47,236 bases of DNA from a bacterium UBA2214. Lineage in GTDB: Bacteria > Zhuqueibacterota > Zhuqueibacteria > Residuimicrobiales > Residuimicrobiaceae. Made by a program: the position numbers and the translations under genes. The DNA is taken from the NCBI GenBank assembly GCA_002327255.1, contig DCUM01000069.1, positions 53,061 through 100,296 of the forward strand, written 5' to 3'. Within the stretch, counting starts at the first letter, position 1, and each line of letters starts with the position of its first letter. The notes beneath the pieces were generated by a model. That model searched no databases, was not told the origin of the DNA, and saw only the letters and a list, made by a program, of their open reading frames with translations. Below are positions 44,359 through 47,236 of the stretch, in pieces.

Positions 44359-45564
44359 ATGAATACTGAAAGGAAGCAAGAGAAGCGCACCGGCCTGAAG
44401 GGGCTCTCCCGCAACGTGGTCGTCCTCGGCGTCGTCAGCCTGTGCAATGACGCCAGCAGCGAAATGATCTATCCGCTTCTGCCGCTTTTTCTGACCACCA
44501 CGCTGGGCGCCACCACGCAGATGCTCGGCTTGATCGAAGGCATCGCGGAATCGACGGCGGCCCTGCTCAAACTCTACTCCGGCTGGCTCTCCGATCGTTT
44601 TGGCAAACGCAAATCCCTCACCGTCGCCGGGTATACCCTTTCAGCCGTCACCCGGCCGTTAATCGCCCTGGCCACGGCCGGCTGGCAGGTGCTGGGCATC
44701 CGTTTTTTGGACCGGGTCGGCAAGGGACTGCGCACGGCGCCGCGCGACGCCCTCATCGCGGATTCGACGCCGCCCGAAGCGCGCGGTGTGGCCTTTGGTT
44801 TCCACCGCGCCATGGACCACGCCGGTGCCGTCATCGGACCTCTGTTGGCCATGGCCGTGTTGGCCCTCTCCGCGAACAACTATCGTCTCGTCTTCTTTCT
44901 CGCCGTCATCCCTGCGTTACTCGGCGTCGCCGTTCTTTTGGCCGGGGCGCGGGAAATCCAGCCGGTGCAGCACGCCCGGCGGCCTTCTTTTCGTCTGACC
45001 CTGTTTGATAACAATTTTCGCCGCTATCTCTTCGTCATCCTGCTCTTCACCCTGGGAAATTCCAGTGATGCCTTTTTGCTGCTGCGCGCCAGCCAGATGG
45101 GTGTGGCCACGGCCTTCATACCGCTTTTATGGGTATTTCTGCATGTCGTGAAAATGCTCTTCTCGACGCCCTGCGGCGGCCTCTCGGACCGCATCGGACG
45201 CAAACGCGTGATCATCACGGGCTGGGTGCTCTATGCGCTGGTCTATGCGGGTTTTGCATACTGCAACGCCGCCTGGCACATCTGGGCGCTGTTTGCGGTT
45301 TACGGGCTCTTCTTTGCGCTCACCGAGGGCGCCGAAAAGGCCCTGGTGGCGGATCTGGTGGACCCCGGGATTCGCGGCACGGCCTTTGGCGTCTATAATT
45401 TTGCCATCGGCCTGGGCGCCCTGCCGGCCAGTGTGATCATGGGATTCCTGTGGCAGCGGATATCGCCGGCGGCAGCCTTCGGATTCGGCGCGCTCCTGGC
45501 GCTCCTCGCGGCCGGGCTCATCGTGCTGGTCCGTGTGCCGCGGCGTGCGGCAAAAAGTGCCTGA
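44359..45564 (+). CDS. MFS transporter
   Basis: GWLSDRFGKRK and GGLSDRIGRKR motif A copies; DRVGKGLRTAPRDA; about 12 TM helices. Confidence 0.92.
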   Translation: MNTERKQEKRTGLKGLSRNVVVLGVVSLCNDASSEMIYPLLPLFLTTTLGATTQMLGLIEGIAESTAALLKLYSGWLSDRFGKRKSLTVAGYTLSAVTRPLIALATAGWQVLGIRFLDRVGKGLRTAPRDALIADSTPPEARGVAFGFHRAMDHAGAVIGPLLAMAVLALSANNYRLVFFLAVIPALLGVAVLLAGAREIQPVQHARRPSFRLTLFDNNFRRYLFVILLFTLGNSSDAFLLLRASQMGVATAFIPLLWVFLHVVKMLFSTPCGGLSDRIGRKRVIITGWVLYALVYAGFAYCNAAWHIWALFAVYGLFFALTEGAEKALVADLVDPGIRGTAFGVYNFAIGLGALPASVIMGFLWQRISPAAAFGFGALLALLAAGLIVLVRVPRRAAKSA

Positions 45565-45830
45565 ATCGTTATGGGTAACTTGATAACCCGGATTATTCAT
45601 GAAAAATGGAAACAAAGGCTATAAGGCCGATGCTGACATCATGATAGACGACAACCGGTTCCAGTACAGTATGATCACACCAGGCCGACCAGGCCCAAAA
45701 CAGACAACAAACGGGATTTGAACAAGTCCCTGTTTGCTGCATGGCCTTTGTGTGTTTGAATTTTCCAGTTTATACTTATTGTATAGAATCATGCATAGTA
45801 AAACACTGCATTTTTTCAAAGGAGGAACAC

Positions 45831-46562
45831 ATGGCTTTGTCTGCCCGTATTTCCATTCTGCTTTTGACCATCCTGGGGCTGATGCTGGTGACCACTGCGA
45901 CGGTACAGGCGCAAACCACCGTTCAGGCGGGCTTTGGCGGCCTGATCGCCATTCCCCAGAATGAATTTGCCAGGGAAGTCAATGTCGGCGGCGGTCTCGG
46001 TGGCGAATTTCTCTACGCGCCGGGCGCCGGTCCCTTTGGCATCGGCCTGGTTATCAACTATCTGCTCTATGGTTCGGAGTCGCGCCGCGAGCCCTTCAGC
46101 ACCACCATACCCGACGTACAAGTCGATGTCACCACAGAAAATCAGATCTTGCTGGCGCATCTCCTCTTCCGCATCCAGGCCAAAGGCGGTCCCATCCAGC
46201 CCTACGTGGATGGATTGGCCGGATTGAACTATCTCTACACCCAGACCAGCATCAAGAGTCTCCGTTGGGATGATGACGAAAACGTCGCCAGCTCCACCAA
46301 TTTCGACGACACGGCGTTCAGCTATGGATTTGGCGGCGGCGTCATGGTGCGCGTCTGGCAGGGTGAAACCAACAGCGAAACGGGCTATCCGCAAAAAATG
46401 CAGGTGATGGTCGATTTGCGCGGTCATTACATGCGCGGCGGCGAGGCGGAATATCTGAAAAAAGGTTCCATCCGGCGCGTCGATGGCAAAGTGCTCTACG
46501 ATATCAAAAAATCCACCACCGATCTCTTCATCGTCAAGATCGGCGCGACGGTGGCTTTTTAA
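45831..46562 (+). CDS. Outer-membrane beta-barrel protein (OmpA/porin-like)
   Basis: AAGGAGG RBS before ATG 45831, signal peptide, alternating strands (QPYVDGLAGLNY, FSYGFGGGV) and C-terminal Phe. Confidence 0.75.
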   Translation: MALSARISILLLTILGLMLVTTATVQAQTTVQAGFGGLIAIPQNEFAREVNVGGGLGGEFLYAPGAGPFGIGLVINYLLYGSESRREPFSTTIPDVQVDVTTENQILLAHLLFRIQAKGGPIQPYVDGLAGLNYLYTQTSIKSLRWDDDENVASSTNFDDTAFSYGFGGGVMVRVWQGETNSETGYPQKMQVMVDLRGHYMRGGEAEYLKKGSIRRVDGKVLYDIKKSTTDLFIVKIGATVAF

Positions 46563-46606
46563 GCCTGCAGCGGCGTACCAGCCTCCAGGACAGGAAAGGA
46601 AAAGAT

Positions 46607-47236
46607 ATGCAGCGGCAGCGCTTGACCCTCTTGATCCCATTCTGTGCAGTGATCATCCTGACGCAGGACCCCATCACGGCGCAGACGTCCTCTCCCGAGC
46701 TGCGCGGTGTCTGGCTCACCAACGTCGACAGCCGCGTCCTCGAGAGCCGCGCAGGCATCGCCGCCGCCATGCAGTTCCTGGCGGATCACCATTTCAATAT
46801 CGTCTATCCCGTGGTCTGGAACGGCGGTGTAACGCTCTACCGCAGTGCGCTCATGGACTCCCTCTTTGGCATGCCCATCGACCCACGCCATGGCTCTCGG
46901 GATCCCCTGGCCGAAGTGATCGAGGAGGCCCATGCGCGCGGCCTGGCGGTGGTGCCGTGGTTCGAATTCGGTTTCGCCGCGTCCTACAAGCAGGACGGCG
47001 GACACATCCTCCGCACCAGGCCCGCCTGGGCCGCGCGCGACCGCGACGGCCGGCTCCTGAGCAAAAACGGCTTTGAGTGGATGAATGGCTACCATCCCGA
47101 CGTGCAGGGGTTCCTCGCCGGACTGATCTCTGAAGTCGTGCGCGGCTATGATATCGATGGCATCCAGGGCGATGACCGGCTGCCGGCGCAACCGGTGGAG
47201 AGCGGCTATGACGCCTGGAGCGACAGCCTCTTCCGC
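46607..47236 (+). CDS. Glycosyl hydrolase-like 10 (GHL10/YddW/DUF187) protein, truncated by the window end and missing from the ORF track
   Basis: Translated by hand from ATG 46607: signal peptide, ELRGVWLTNVDS, FNIVYPVVWN.G.TLY.S, DPLAEVIEEAHARGL.V.PWFEFGF, HPDVQ and YDIDGIQGDD. Confidence 0.88.
   Translation, partial: MQRQRLTLLIPFCAVIILTQDPITAQTSSPELRGVWLTNVDSRVLESRAGIAAAMQFLADHHFNIVYPVVWNGGVTLYRSALMDSLFGMPIDPRHGSRDPLAEVIEEAHARGLAVVPWFEFGFAASYKQDGGHILRTRPAWAARDRDGRLLSKNGFEWMNGYHPDVQGFLAGLISEVVRGYDIDGIQGDDRLPAQPVESGYDAWSDSLFR

Noticed and set aside
46483-47191. Track ORFs 46483-47076 (+) and 46559-47191 (-)
   Set aside because: Out-of-frame or antisense to the real open-ended GHL10 gene starting at 46607

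Overview
A GC-rich window of about 33 CDSs from a diderm bacterium. Large secreted proteins with NYPNPFNP-type sorting tails, an outer-membrane beta-barrel, alr and lemA suggest an FCB-group lineage such as KSB1 or Calditrichota (inference). The most striking content is a complete archaeal-type Glu-tRNA(Gln) amidotransferase, with gatE and gatD on the same strand and separated by a permuted NlpC/P60 amidase and a metV-metF pair. Also present: three large secreted modular proteins (one with a GH99-like domain lacking its catalytic glutamates), an rsmF-like methyltransferase, nadA behind a 220-nt structured leader, a lone CxxxY-type ccmE, a TPM/NTase/lemA operon, an apparently internally deleted Ada, a convergent pair of MinD/FlhG-like ATPases (one degenerate), pfkA, alr, a flippase/methyltransferase/NTase cluster, an MFS transporter and a truncated GHL10 hydrolase. 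Non-coding signals read directly from the DNA: an unassigned leader with a kissing loop and pseudoknot (6781-6965), a 246-bp MITE with an 8-bp target duplication carrying a GxxExxY remnant, heptamer tandem repeats, and inverted REP-like elements bracketing alr. No rRNA, tRNA or CRISPR array was seen. All protein calls come from motif recognition, not database searches.
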